A stretch of DNA of 57,059 nt, filler included, from Catajapyx aquilonaris (taxonomy: Eukaryota): assembly GCA_000934665.2 (NCBI GenBank). It is 3 parts of 3 records of this genome, joined end to end, with 100 filler letters (N's around TTAATTAATTAA, not from the genome) between each part and the next. Parts side by side here need not be neighbours in the genome. Positions count along the whole stretch, not along the records: positions 1 to 18,936 come from KZ539559.1; positions 19,037 to 38,038 come from JYFJ02006572.1; 1 more part is not named here. One strand, given 5' to 3'. Positions 16,201-28,100 of this stretch are shown here, piece after piece. Made by a program: the position numbers and the translations under genes. Below the pieces are notes generated by a model, which saw nothing but the letters and a program-made list of their open reading frames with translations, searched no databases and was not told where the DNA came from. Each line of letters begins with the position of its first letter. The first letter of the stretch is position 1.

Positions 16201-17545
16201 TCATTGTAATCATGCTGATTATTTCTATGACATATGGGAGACTGAAAGTCCATATATGCACCAGGGCGGTGCAGGACTTAGTAGTGCAGGAAAGGGATGG
16301 CTTGAGAATCTTCTTCCTGGAGAGGAGAGCTGGCTTTACTTGAGAAGATATTTGACTGTCCTGACTTGGGTGATACATACTGTCACCATGGTGGGGCTCA
16401 ATTCTCTGAGTCCTTACTCCCACACAATGCTAATTTTCAGCATTTGCCTCATGGTGGCTAGTGTGTTTGTTATGGGAAGAGTCATGGGAGGTCTGGCATC
16501 AGTCCTGAGATATGAGTACCAGAATCAGATGATATTCATGCAGGTTGTGAAGGTGGTTATGGTAAGTGTTACACAGTATTACATTGAGTATAGAAATAGT
16601 GCCCAAACAACATCCTGCATTGCTTCCTCAAAGTGAAATCCATGATCTTGCTGATGCTTCTTTAGCTCCCCAAAAATGTGGAAGTCACAGGGGGACAAGT
16701 CTGGACTGTACTCCGGATGCTGGAGTAATTTCCATACGATTATTATTATTTTTTTTGGAAAGGCAAACCGAGATGATTTTCGTAGTCGGGGCAGGCATTA
16801 TTATATGAAAATGAACGTATTATTCCTGCAGGCGGCTTGGACTTGATTGAAACTCAAGGGGCTGGAAGCATGGAGGGTCATATTGACTTTTTGGACCACA
16901 AAAGCCCACCACTGATCGAGTTTATGATGATGCCCACCCACACACTGAAAATCATTGAAGATTGCATTTCCATATTTAGATGGAAAACACTCCAGCATTT
17001 GGGGTATGGCCCAGATTTGTCCCCATGACTTTCACATTTTCAGGGAGCTGAAGAAGCATCTACCTTCTACTGTCACAAATTTCACTTAGAGGAAATGATG
17101 CCGAGTGATGCAGAATGCTGGTTGGGAAGGATTTTGTCAGCAATCTACCAACTTCTTTGCAAGAGACACTTGAGACTGTCTCATTATTTTTTATGCAATC
17201 ATAGTGTTATGTACTAGAATTGGAATGCAGATCTTCACTTATTTTAATCAATTCAACGAAGATTCAAGAGGGATCAATTTATTATTATTCAATATGAGGG
17301 ATCCCATATTCTCAGTTTAAACACTTCTAAATTCTTGTAGGCCATATTTCACGTCACATTTTTTATTGCAGAAATTCTTGCATTCAATGGGACTTGAAAA
17401 AGAGAAGACGGACACATTACATAAGTATTGCAAGTACAAGTGGTTTCTTTCTGAGGGTGTGTACCAGCAGGATTTGATGAAGAATCTTCCAAGATGTCTC
17501 CGGAGTGATATTTGCTGGCAGCTGTATGCAGAGAGATTGCAAGGC
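734..17545 (+). CDS. Concatenated cyclic nucleotide-gated K+ channel (CNGK/tetraKCNG-like), partial; 13 exons
   Basis: Phase-consistent GT-AG exons: 734-873, 1615-1918, 1980-2492, 4127-4515, 6300-6482, 7611-8029, 9576-9719, 9788-9929, 10943-11266, 11337-11502, 13991-14611, 16055-16561, 17372-17545 (4026 nt, about 1342 aa). Three tandem transmembrane + C-linker/CNBD units. Pores: LYWSMQVVTFTCYGD, LYWATTSAVTVGYGE, LTWVIHTVTMVGLNS. S4 FRVWRMNRMLQLYK. C-linker RVVDYYEMQW..MPPTERHEL. The 5' part lies upstream of the window. Confidence 0.88.
1321..1514. mobile_element. pogo/Tigger-like MITE (TATAAC/GTTATA family)
   Basis: Starts CAGTAGACTCCCAATATAACAGACTTCAAGGGAC and is similar throughout to the copies at 36280-36458 and 33584-33750. 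Confidence 0.6.
7016..7274. mobile_element. Palindromic non-autonomous element with internal (AACCT)n
   Basis: Inverted repeat CTTACTGGCATGCGGGA / TCCCGCATGCCAGTAAG, with AACCTAACCTAACC inside. Confidence 0.5.
8517..8772. mobile_element. MITE with about 33-bp TIRs
   Basis: CGCATCCCGGCAATAACAGGGGCACAAGTCCAA ... TTGGACTTGTGCCCCTGTTATTGCCGGGGTGCG. Confidence 0.7.
10105..10529. mobile_element. Tc1/mariner-type MITE
   Basis: TA-CAGGGTGAAGGGAAA ... TTTCCCTTCACCCTG-TA, plus subterminal inverted repeats (GGGATGTGCAATTAGTT / AACTAATTGCACATCCC). Confidence 0.8.
12890..13601. mobile_element. pogo-like non-autonomous DNA transposon
   Basis: TA-CCGTAAAATGGGGCTACTTTG ... CAAAGTAGCCCCACTTTACAG-TA, with internal copies of the GGGGCTTCTTTG motif. 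Confidence 0.75.
15701..15961. mobile_element. MITE with 16-bp TIR and 8-bp TSD (P/hAT-like)
   Basis: Perfect TIR CAAGGGGGTAGTCACT / AGTGACTACCCCCTTG. Perfect TSD GTGACATC at 15693-15700 and 15962-15969. Internal CGGCTCTCCG repeats. Confidence 0.88.
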
Positions 17546-17802
17546 GTGAGTGTTTTTCTGAACATTAGCAGGATACCTTAATCAAATTGGTCAACATATG
17601 GACCTTGACCTAGTCAGTAAGGTGCAGATATCGTATGTCAAGAGCGTGAATCCTGTCTCAATCTGAGTAAATTGCACTCAGTCTTGAGGGATTGTCACAG
17701 GTTGTTGATGGAATTATGCCCAGTCCCTCATGCTACAGTTTTTTAACAGTATTACGTACAGCTGAAATCACCTTCACAATCTGTGAAATGACAGTCATGT
17801 AA
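17546..17802 (+). pseudogene. Frameshifted CNBD-like continuation of the third visible channel repeat
   Basis: With two compensating frameshifts (about 17570 and 17620) it reads VSVFLNIS/GYLNQIGQHMDLDLVS/GADIVCQERESC..LHSVLRGLSQVV. This aligns by eye with the first CNBD (VELFKGLNRRVLLDIASKMKMYFLPAGALVTNE..MYVVVRGKCTI). Confidence 0.55.
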
Positions 17803-17825
17803 ATGGATCCCATTCCCTATTATGT

Positions 17826-18115
17826 GTTTTTTTTTACGTTACCCTGTGATAAGGCGGAGCCAGGGGCGGAGCCTTTTTAGGGGGGTGGCACACCACCATC
17901 AGTTTTCTAGTAACTGTGTACTATTTTTCTTTGCTCACCAGTGCAAGGAGACAGGGACATGGGTAAGGATAGGGATTTTTGAGTGGGGAACATATATGTG
18001 GTACAAGTGCAAGGTCTGTAAAGGGGTCATGTGCTGTTCCCCAGGAGGTTAGGTTGCCAGACACCTCCAAGGTGCAGGTCAGAGACCCTCCTGACGCAGG
18101 TGAAAGGAAAGTGAT
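17826..18115 (-). mobile_element. SINE family A, 5'-truncated copy
   Basis: Highly similar to 25066-25330 but lacks the tRNA head. Near-perfect TSD ATTCCCTAT(T/G)ATGT at 17812-17825 and 18116-18129. Confidence 0.8.
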
Positions 18116-19036
18116 ATTCCCTATGATGTTAAAATGTGCCACTTCGCCTACTCGTAGGAACTCTCAAGCCAGAAAGGTTATCATGGAATAAGAGACAGAT
18201 CACAAGAGAAATATAAATAAAAACAGCCTTTCCTGTATTCGTTCTCTCTTTTCTCTCTCCATCTATCCATCTGTATACCTTATTGTACAATATAGCCATA
18301 CGGCCTTGTTTGCTTTGGTTTCTTCCTTCTCAAACAACAGACAAACAAACAAACAAGAGGAATATGAAGTATGTGGCCAATCTCTGTCAGCAGGTGCAAA
18401 ATACAAATGTAATTTTAACTATGAGTAAAAAGCTTCATAATATTGTCCAATCACTTAGTTGTGTACCAGTAAAGTGGTAAGTGCCCAAATGGCTAAATGG
18501 CACATTCTGTCATTCTTTGATGAAAGATGACAACCAATATGTTTCCCCACTGATAGCATCATTGCGCTCCTCATTCACATGCAATGTTATAGGTCAATGG
18601 TCAACACTAATTACAGTGCTTAGTAACTCATAAAAATAATTAATTTTTAAAACGTTGTCAGCACCAACTATGAGTCGATAGCATGCATTTACTAGTACAT
18701 AAGAGATTATATGTGCATTAAAGTAGCTGTCTTACTTGTGCAAGGAAAAGTGCCTCCACCTCCACCACTGATAGCTCTTTCTTCATGCCACATTGCACCT
18801 TCCACATTTTAAATGTGAGACCTTTATGTCAAATTAATCGTCAAAATCATCCACAACTCATGCAATCTATGACTAAATTCTGGATGTAGGTACTGTAATG
18901 ATATGCTAAGATATGTTCTTGTGTAGTATCTCCTATNNNNNNNNNNNNNNNNNNNNNNNNNNNNNNNNNNNNNNNNNNNNTTAATTAATTAANNNNNNNN
19001 NNNNNNNNNNNNNNNNNNNNNNNNNNNNNNNNNNNN

Positions 19037-19198
19037 GAAGATGTTACACCAGCATTTCCGACACATTTTCCATGCACAGATTTGTTTTGCAGGCAAAAAA
19101 AGCCAGGTGTCCTGGGACTTTTCGCCCACCCTGTACTACCATTGCTCCTCGCACAAGCTAAACCTTGTCGTGCACGACTTAAACGTCATCCCACAAAT

Positions 19199-19273
<75 letters not shown>

Positions 19274-20787
19274 CCGGGGTAGTGCTGACCTCATCAGAGG
19301 TATGTAGCACGGACCTTTATTTATTTTTGTCGTGTACATTGGAGCCTTTATACGTAACGCCCGGGCCCACGGGCAGGATGACAGGAGGGGATGTGCAAGG
19401 TGCAGTGCAATGTCTTTATGTGGCCATTTTTAGTGAACTCCCCGGGTGGTTTAGTCTGTAGGAAATACCACCCGAGACGAAGCCAGAGGTGACCCAATGA
19501 ACTCTGCACGAGATGAAGGGGGTGTCCCCGGGTTGGGATCGAACCCGGGACCTTAACATCCGTGGGCGCGTACGTTACCGCAGCACCACTTCGCCTCCCC
19601 TCATCCCACAAATTAGAAACTGCATTGGAACTATCAAGGAGATAATCATATTTTTTCGCGAGTCCGTTTTATGCCGCAACGTTATTGCTAACATTCCTAA
19701 ATTGTGTGAGACTAAATGGTCAGAGAAGTACAAATGCATTTCTGTCTTTAAGGATCACTTCGTTGATATTGTCGATGCATTAGAGACATTAGCTGAAGAG
19801 GGAAATGCAGTAACTAGAAAAAATACATATCAAATGCATGCAGCGGCATGCAGATCTTCATTTGTTGTGTCAATAGCATTAATTGCGAAGTATTCCGCTA
19901 TACTGGAACCCGTAGCAAATACACTTCAATTGAAGACACTTGACATAGTCAAAGCCAACCAGCACATTTAAACTATTCTCGAAATGCTAAGAGTTCATCG
20001 GGAAGATGCGGAGAACGTCACAGCTGACGTTTTGAAAGAAGCAGGTGACATTGCGAAGCATTTGAATGTTGATATAACCGCCACTCACGTTGCTGGCCGA
20101 CAAAAGCATAGAAAAGCAACCCTCCAGCCGAAAATCTATCCGAATTTTGGCGAAGGTCTCTAATAATTCCTTACTTGGATTCCATCATATCATCTTTAGA
20201 AATGTCAGATGTTCTGCAGACAAATCGCCTGCATTTTCATTGACACATTTCCATCCGAGTAACATGAGAGATGTTTCAATGGAGGAATGGAAAGAAAGTA
20301 CTTCATTTTGTGCAACTTTTTACAATTTGGAAGCAAGTTTGGATGGTATCGAAGGAGAAAGGGAATTGTGGTTCAAAATGTGGAATGGGGTACAGGAAGC
20401 ACTAGACATCATTGAGGTTTTAAAAAAGAGCAAATTGTTTTTCCCCGCCATTAAAAAAGCACTACTGATATTGCTTTCACAGCCCTGCACAACAAGCACT
20501 ATAGAGCGTTCATTCAGCTCACTTCGCCGAATTAAAACATGGCTAAGAAGCACTATGGCTGAAAATAGGTTGAATGGGTTAGCCATGCTAAGCATTCACA
20601 GTCAATGGGTTTTCGGAAACAAGGAACAATTGGTGGAAGCTATAATCAGAAAATTTGCAAGTAATCCTCGCAAACTATTGTTCAAAAATTAATTCGGTTC
20701 TTACGTTATTGTGAATTTCTCTCTCTCTCTCTTCCCCCCCCCCCCCCCCNNNNNNNCCCACCCCCTCTGCCGCTGGATACACCCTTG
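19037..20787 (+). mobile_element. hAT transposon remnant (ZMYM1/PRKRIR-like transposase, disrupted)
   Basis: Motifs HCSSHKLNL, LCETKW and the C-terminal hAT dimerisation motif PCTTSTIERSFSSLRRIKTWLRSTMAENRLNGLAMLSIH. Contains stops/frameshifts and a SINE insertion. Probable right TIR CTGGATACACCCTTG ends at 20787; the 5' part is lost in the gap. Confidence 0.88.
19201..19600 (-). mobile_element. tRNA-derived SINE family B inserted in the hAT transposase
   Basis: B-box GGTTCGATCCC on the - strand, (ATT)n tail, and perfect 15-bp TSD TCATCCCACAAATTA (19186-19200, 19601-19615). Confidence 0.92.
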
Positions 20788-21713
20788 CCACTGTACGACA
20801 ATAGTGAGATGAAACCGCGGACTAAAAGGGATGAAACATGACGAACATGATAGTCATAATTATGTTGCACATGCGTTCAACCGTTAATAGTTCTGTTCTT
20901 TGTACTCGTGTATCACCCGTTTGTGCTCGGCGACCGGTACCAGAACGGCAGAACTTCTTGCCACATTCGTTGCACGCAATGCAACGGCACTCTTCGGCAG
21001 AACAACTTAAGTTGCACTTGTACTGTACGGCCTCCCCTTGAAATGGCCCAGTTCGTGTATGTCCCGCGACATCTTAGGCTTCTTAGCAACGTACGACTTA
21101 CCGCACACTTTGCATGCGTGCAGTAGCCCTACGGCTGCTCGCCAGTGTCATAGCCAGTGTGAAGCCGCGGATGGTTATAACCAGCAGATTGAACCGGTTA
21201 ACCAGCAGATTGAACCGTGACGACAGCACCCTCCCGCATTCCTTGCACGTTTCAGGCATAAAAGGCGGCTGCTTACTCGATCTGAACTCCTACGTTCGAT
21301 GGTGTATCTTCAGCCTGTTGTCTGAACTGAGGCTTTTTCCAGGTCACACGCTCACAAAGACGCCAACGTGCAACATACTGATAGAACAAACTTCTCAACC
21401 GTTACGTACAGTCAAATCAAAATAGTAGCGAACTCTGGACATCGACTGGGCACAAATAGTTGGCGAAATTTGTATTTAAACCTGATTTAAACATTGCTAA
21501 AAATTTGTTACGTAAGCTGATGAGAACGGATCGTTTTATATTTTGGATTGAGTCATTGCAGTTTATTTTTATATGCGTGTACATTCCCTTCATTGTTCAT
21601 GGAGAGCGATGGAGGGCTTGAAGCCTTGAACCTTGAAGGAGTGCTTATATTAGCCGAATATTTTCTGCTCTCTCCTACATTACCGGTTGGCTGCTATAGG
21701 GGCGCAGCAGAAA

Positions 21714-21920
21714 TTCTGCCGTCAGATGTAAGAAGACCGTATCTCAAAAACTAGTGAGGGTGAAAGTCACATGCATGCCATATGTACAGTACACCTATGT
21801 ACTAATCCCCTCTGAGTCAGGTGGGAATCGTGCAGGCGTATGCATGCGGCCACGGACGAGCATGCGCCTCTCACCCTCACTAGTTTTTGAGTTACGGTCT
21901 TCTTACATCTGACGGCAGAA
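21714..21920. mobile_element. MITE / foldback with about 50-bp TIRs
   Basis: TTCTGCCGTCAGATGTAAGAAGACCGTATCTCAAAAACTAGTGAGGGTGA ... TCACCCTCACTAGTTTTTGAGTTACGGTCTTCTTACATCTGACGGCAGAA. Confidence 0.8.
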
Positions 21921-22406
21921 ATGCAGGGAACAGCTGCAGAATATAACAACTACAATAATTACTCCTTCAAAAGCTCTCCTTGAATAATGAAGGGATTGTA
22001 GAGTACAAGCAAACCCAAAGAGACGACTGCGCATGTAACGAATCAATCCAAACATATAGAACAAGCCGGCCTTATCGCAACTGCATGCTAAATTTTAGCA
22101 CTGTTGAAATACACATTTTCTTGAAAATTATTAGTGCAAAGCACGTGCCCCCATTTCGCTACTATTTTAATTTAACTGTATGTAACGGTTGGAACTTTGA
22201 AATTTCGGTTGTAGGTTGACGTCCGTCGTTGTGAGCTGGAAAAAGTTTCTGTTCAAACAGCGAACACATCAGTTCAGACCACGTCTGCCAGCCAGTGCCG
22301 GATTTACCCCCTCGGCTGCCCCTAGGCAGTTGAGATCTTCCCTGAATTTTTCAATTACGTTTTATGTGATAATGAATATTCATTGCACATTTAAATTATT
22401 GGAAAT

Positions 22407-22737
22407 AATAATAATAGTTGGGTGATAGGCGTACCCCTAGGGGTTTTCAGCCAGACCTTTATTTTGACGTTGGTACAATTTTTGGGAATCCTATTTTTGA
22501 AGTGCCCGGGACCACGGGCAGGATGACAGGAGGGGATGTGCAAGTGCAGTGCCTTGTCTGAAATGTGGTCGTTTTGTGAGCTCCCCCGGGTGGATTAGTC
22601 TAAGGAAATTCCACCCGAGAGTCAGAGACAACTCATGAACTCTGCATGAGATGAAGGGGGTGTCCCCGGGTTGGGATCGAACCCGGGACCTTAACATCCA
22701 TGGGCGCATACGTTACCGTAGAACCACTCCGCCTCCC
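22407..22737 (-). mobile_element. tRNA-derived SINE family B
   Basis: Head near-identical to the 19201-19600 copy. TSD TAAATTATTGGAAAT at 22392-22406 and 22738-22752. Confidence 0.9.
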
Positions 22738-23141
22738 TAAATTATTGGAAATTGCCTTCACAGCAGGAATAATTACCGTTATTGGTAACACAGCGGGTCA
22801 GTACTCAGAAATGTCAGAATCTTGTTTGCCTGTGCATTGAGATAGACATGGCTTCCTTTTGTCCTCGAAACAATATTACGACTTCATGTCTGGTAATTTT
22901 TCCCGTTATTGTGGTTTAATTGGGTGGAAATTAATCGAAAATGTTGCCCACAGTTTCAAGCCTCACCTGAGTGTATCATATGGGCACAAATTTGCAAAAT
23001 ATATTAATCGGCTAGGTCCCAGGATAAATCTGACCACAAACGTTGGATACCAGGGGAAATGAATGTGAATATTTTGCACAAATATACACAAATCTTTATT
23101 CCAGGTCTTGCTGTGGTTACCCTTTGAAGTTGCCCCAAGAG

Positions 23142-24365
23142 ATGCCTCCAAACGGCCAAGATTTCTGCTGTGTTTCTAGATGTTTAAACCACCACCCCGA
23201 GTCGAAGGACAGCTCCACGTACGTCTTCTTCCCATTTCCGGCCAATCCAGAAATCAGGTTACAATGGATGGAGGCCATACTCAAGCCAGAGGAGTACAAG
23301 GTCTGCTCCAAGCACTTCCTGAGGGATGACATCGTCACCATTCAGGCCGTGGAGCAACCGAAGCTACAGGAAAATGTTGTTCCGATATTCTTTGCACCCA
23401 CAGGTATAGTTAACTACAGAGGTTGATTGCACGAATGTTTGACATTACGGTACCTTTTCTTTCAGACTTCGATTTCAAGGAAATCCTGTCATTGCCTGCA
23501 CCCAGCTATTCAACTACAGCAATATCAACCGAACCTGCCGCTGCGGACAAGTCACCAGATGCATCTGTAGCTATGGTGGATGGCCCTACATTTTCCTCTG
23601 ATACCAATTTTGTGATTAGGGTATGAGAACAGTTTTGAGCATTTGAGCTGCAGTTAATGCGATGCATAGGGTTAGGGGTTAATTGTGTTTCTACAATGTG
23701 CTGTAACAGGAACATGATTAAACTAATGTAACAGTGAATGGACAATGATGAAACACATTCTGGTTTCAGAGGAGCTGAAAGAAGAAATCATTTTAACTTT
23801 TCCAAGCAATGGGACTGATGAATCTATGCAGTCAAATTGATTCGAAGGTGCAGGGCAAGTGACAGGTTCTGTTGCTGAACATGGTGTTCCAAGTGCCGAA
23901 TCTGCACAGGAAGAGACTGTAGGAAACAGCAGCCTAGAGGTTGCCAGAAGCAATGCGGCACAAGAAGAAAAATCTCTTGGCTCATAAGCACATTTACAGG
24001 GTGGAGTAATATATTCTGGCTGTACCCCCCAAGCTCTAGGCAGGTGCTTTACTTGTGCTCATGCATAATTTCTTAATTTCAGGGATAGAAGTGACTGTGC
24101 ATACACAATCAACCTGTCGTCTCAATTATCTCATACTTACGGTGTAGTTACTAACGGTGCACTGCAGAAACTTTGCAACCCCTGCAGCCAGCGATTCGCC
24201 GTGGTTATGCAGGATGTGTGGCACGTGCTTTATAAAGAGCTGCGTACTTAAAGCGCACTTCATGACCTTCACAACATTGATGTGTTTCCTTGTGAGATGT
24301 GCAAGAAGCAGTTTGAGACCGAGGGGAAGCTGAAGTTGAAAAGGGCATGCACAGAGAGTACCATT
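23142..24365 (+). pseudogene. THAP-domain + C2H2 zinc-finger gene, 3' part disrupted
   Basis: Exon 23142-23403 encodes a THAP C2CH domain (CCVSRC..FFPFP..RLQW..VCSKHF..L..NVVP). Exon 23466-23620 is in phase. Later exon-like segments contain an in-frame TGA (about 23838) and frameshifted C2H2 fingers (CRMCGTCF..LKAHF; FPCEMCKKQF). Confidence 0.65.
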
Positions 24366-25065
24366 CAACCCACACGCAATGTCGAGATAGGATCTGTTAG
24401 GTTACATACCGGGACATTCCATGTATCATTTATAATTGAAGGGTTTGGTGCAGAAACACGATAAGTCCACTTTTGTTACTTTCGATAAAACAAATAAAAA
24501 GTGAATTTCCGCCAAATTTAAGGAATTTTTCTTATGATATTTTTCTGTTTCATAGGGGGATACCAAAGTCAACATGCACCAGAATATTTATGAAGTTTGT
24601 ACGACGCATATTACACATTCTACAGTATAGAATATAATGTGGACATGTCTTGCAAACATGTGACATAGAGTAAAAAACCGAACTTCACTTTTAATTTTTA
24701 AAAAGCTTCAAAAATCTTTGATTATGCTGAATATATGTATTCAGAGATTACACAATCGCCTAACACCCTAACTTAAACATCATATTATTTTAATATACAA
24801 CACCTCAATGAGGGTCGCGTAGAATGATAGAGCCTTGAATAATTTCATAGTGTGACCGTTTTTTCTACAGGACAGTAGATTACCTGCTCTCGATTACATG
24901 TTGCTGTGTCGAAAATCCAGGCATCGAAGTCTGGACAGAGAATGAGAAAACACGCCTCCTTACAATGCGAATGTCAAGCCTTCTTAGGACTTAACTAGCT
25001 CAATTAAATACATTATATGTCAACTTTCGTGTAGAGTTTTTCTGCTGTTAGGATGTGTTGGTTAT

Positions 25066-25406
25066 TTATTATTTTATTTTTTTACGTTACCCCGTGCTAA
25101 GGCTTATCCTTTTTAGGGGGGTGGGATACCACCATTTTCACTCCTTAACTTCATACACCGGTGCAAGGAGACAAGGATGTAGGGTAGGGATAGGGATTTT
25201 TTGGGGAGGGAACATAGGTGCAAGTGCAATGTCGGTAAAGGGGTCATGTGCTGTCCCCCAGGAGGTTAGGTTGCCAGACACCTCCTTGGTGCAGGTCAGA
25301 GACCCTCCTGATGCAGGTGAAAGGAAAGTTCCCCAGGCGGGGATCGAACCTGGGGCCTTTCACTCAGCAAGCCGTGACGTTACCATCACGGCCACCACAC
25401 CTCCCC
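25066..25406 (-). mobile_element. tRNA-derived SINE family A, full length
   Basis: A-box TGGCCGTGATGG and B-box GGTTCGATCCC on the - strand, A-rich tail, TSD TGTGTTGGTTAT at 25054-25065 and 25407-25418. Confidence 0.9.
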
Positions 25407-25665
25407 TGTGTTGGTTATCTATATCACACATGTGTCACTCTGTCCTGTAATTTTTTGTTAGCTGAATACATTCGACAACCCCCACTCCCTGTTCTAACCG
25501 TACTGTCCCAGATTATATTGTAAATACAAACACTTAAGGGGAGGGGGGGGGGCACTTTGTTCTGGCAACAATTACAATATTTTATTTACGTTGTCCTAGT
25601 TACAGAGTTGACTCGACGTGAAATTGCATAATCGGAGAGAGTGAAAGATAGTAGCTCTTCTTAAG

Positions 25666-28037
25666 ATGTCCAGCGAAGCTAGGAAAAATCTTCTCAGAAA
25701 GCCGCTCCGTAAGTTGCACGATATTGAATGACTTTTGCTTGATATGCTTCAAAGGGCTGAAGGTATTTTCAGTACAGATAAGCAGTAAATCTCTCTCATA
25801 CACAATTTTGTGACTCACGTCAGTAGAAGCCGCGCAAATAATGCAATGGTTATCCCAATTTTATTTTCAAAATGACCCTGCCAGCTGCGCTAAAACTAGG
25901 TGACCCCAGGTTGTAACACCCGCATGAGTTTTATTTCACATGACACGTAATTTGCATGTTGAAAACAACGACTATACAATATATGCGAATACGACAATGG
26001 CAATTGTTATTGTTGTCATGACATTAAGTCCGATCGTTTTGCCTCTGGAGTCAGTGGCAATATTATTTTATTCAGGTATTAAGGCATTAATAAAGCACTC
26101 GGTGAGTCCAATTACATTTTCACATAATATTTTTGGCCTGCATTTACCAAGCAATTACATGACTCGACTGAATACAACAATCTATTGATACGAACATGAA
26201 TTGGAGCCAGAAAATATTAATAAAATGTAGGGTACAATGTGAAAGGTGTAAATTAACCCATTTGTACCTGAGGTTGATCTACTGATGATATTTTAATAAT
26301 TTTAAGGCATGCGTTAGAAGGCGGAAACTAAGATAGAAAAAAATAGTTCAGAGTAAAATTTTAACTACAACAGAAGTTACAAGCCGTCCTATATACAGTA
26401 TGTATAGAATGCTAGGACAATCCGTATAATTTTTTCTCCACTTATTGCTTCACTTTACATGCAATGCAATGTGGCAATTCTCACAATCGAATTCTCACAG
26501 TGCTGGTAGCAATGATGGAATCATATTATATCCCAATCATTCAGGTATTTCAGCCCATTTATCAAGTCGCATAAATTTCTCGTAAGCCTTCTCTTTTTTC
26601 ATCTTGGAAAGTATGGGTCCCAAGTTTCACTACGTAAGACTATGGCTATACAAGGTGATCTAAAATACTTCTCCAATTGCTGTGGCTGTTGTTGGCACTA
26701 ATCTATGTAATTTAAGCAGTTACTTTTTAATGGCTATCAAAAGTAATAGTAGATTGTAGGACACCATTGTTTCCCTTGCTGCCATTCACCACTCATAAGG
26801 GCCAACAATGTAAATATTGTATGGTGGCTTTCCACAACCTTTCTTGCAACACTCACACACTGTATTAATTTTTCAAAGCTATAGTAGTATTTATAATTCA
26901 AAGAAATAGTTACTAAATCGTACCCGATCGCACCAATTCTGCAATTTGCAAATCCCAACACTCAACTTGTATTTGTGGCTGATTCAATCACGGAAATGTG
27001 ATGTATCTGCATTCTCCCACTAGAGTAGACTTTCATGAAGAGGTTCAGCTGCCTTATTGTGTGATTTATAATCATAACTGCGAGAAATATTTTTTCCCCT
27101 GCCCGTCCTATGTATAGGACGCTAGGAACAAATGGGTTAAATGTGTATATCTTTTCTTTATCAGATAACAGCAAGAACGCAAACGTCGCCGAAAGAGTAT
27201 CTCAGCAGATTGGTGTCGAGCAGGTGGCCTCCCCGGAACCCCCTGACATGCCTCCAGAGTGCAAAGTAGGCTACTGCTTTTGCAAGTGCAATAATTATTA
27301 CCAAGATCAGTGCAATGCTTATGACATTAGACTGATACAAAATGTCTGTTGTCCAAACAATTAAGTAGTGTGAAATGAACTTTAGTATTCTAATTCTAAC
27401 TCATTTGGTCCAGATCAAGAGAACCTTCACTGCCCCATGGCCTGTTTTCAAGAAACCGAAGTTGATTACCCGCGAACCAGAAGGAATTTGTGACATGAAG
27501 ACAGGGTTTTTCCTATACTTCAAGTGGGAGATCCTTGCTCTCAGAAGCAAATTTCCCCAAGTACCACCAGACGATATCTATGTTATGTTGCGTCAGAACT
27601 GGTTCAAAAAGAACAGCCTTGATAAGAACGAGTACTTTGAGATCGGACAGGCCTTGGATGATGTAAAGGGGAAAGGCGAGTTTCACATATTTCATTCAAT
27701 ATCATTGTAAATATCTATTCTCTTAAAATCACTTCTGTCTGTAGAGCAGGTTATGCGTCCTCCGAACAATATACTATAGCTCTTAGTAGAGTCCATCAAA
27801 CGTATTAGTTGCTAACATTAGGTCTAATTGAATCATCCATCCAAGCTCGGCATTGAGACTCCGATGGAGACTGACCCATTATAACAACTATTGGCATCTA
27901 TAATGTCAGTGGCATAACCCATTTTTTCGGCTAGACCTCTGTATGGTTAATAACGTTGCCCTCACGTGACTTATTAGCTAGTAGCTACGTTATAAGTTTG
28001 ATAATCTCTATACATGTGACTGTTCCCAAGTTAGTGC

Positions 28038-28100
<63 letters not shown>

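Noticed and set aside
18937..19036. TTAATTAATTAA embedded in an N run (also at 38039-38138)
   Set aside because: Artificial six-frame-stop scaffolding linker, not biological sequence.
19041..19339. Poly-Ile/Asn/Leu/Glu ORFs (also near 31410-31737, 35542-35808 and 37402-37596)
   Set aside because: These are translations of (AAT)n or (GAA)n retroposon tails.
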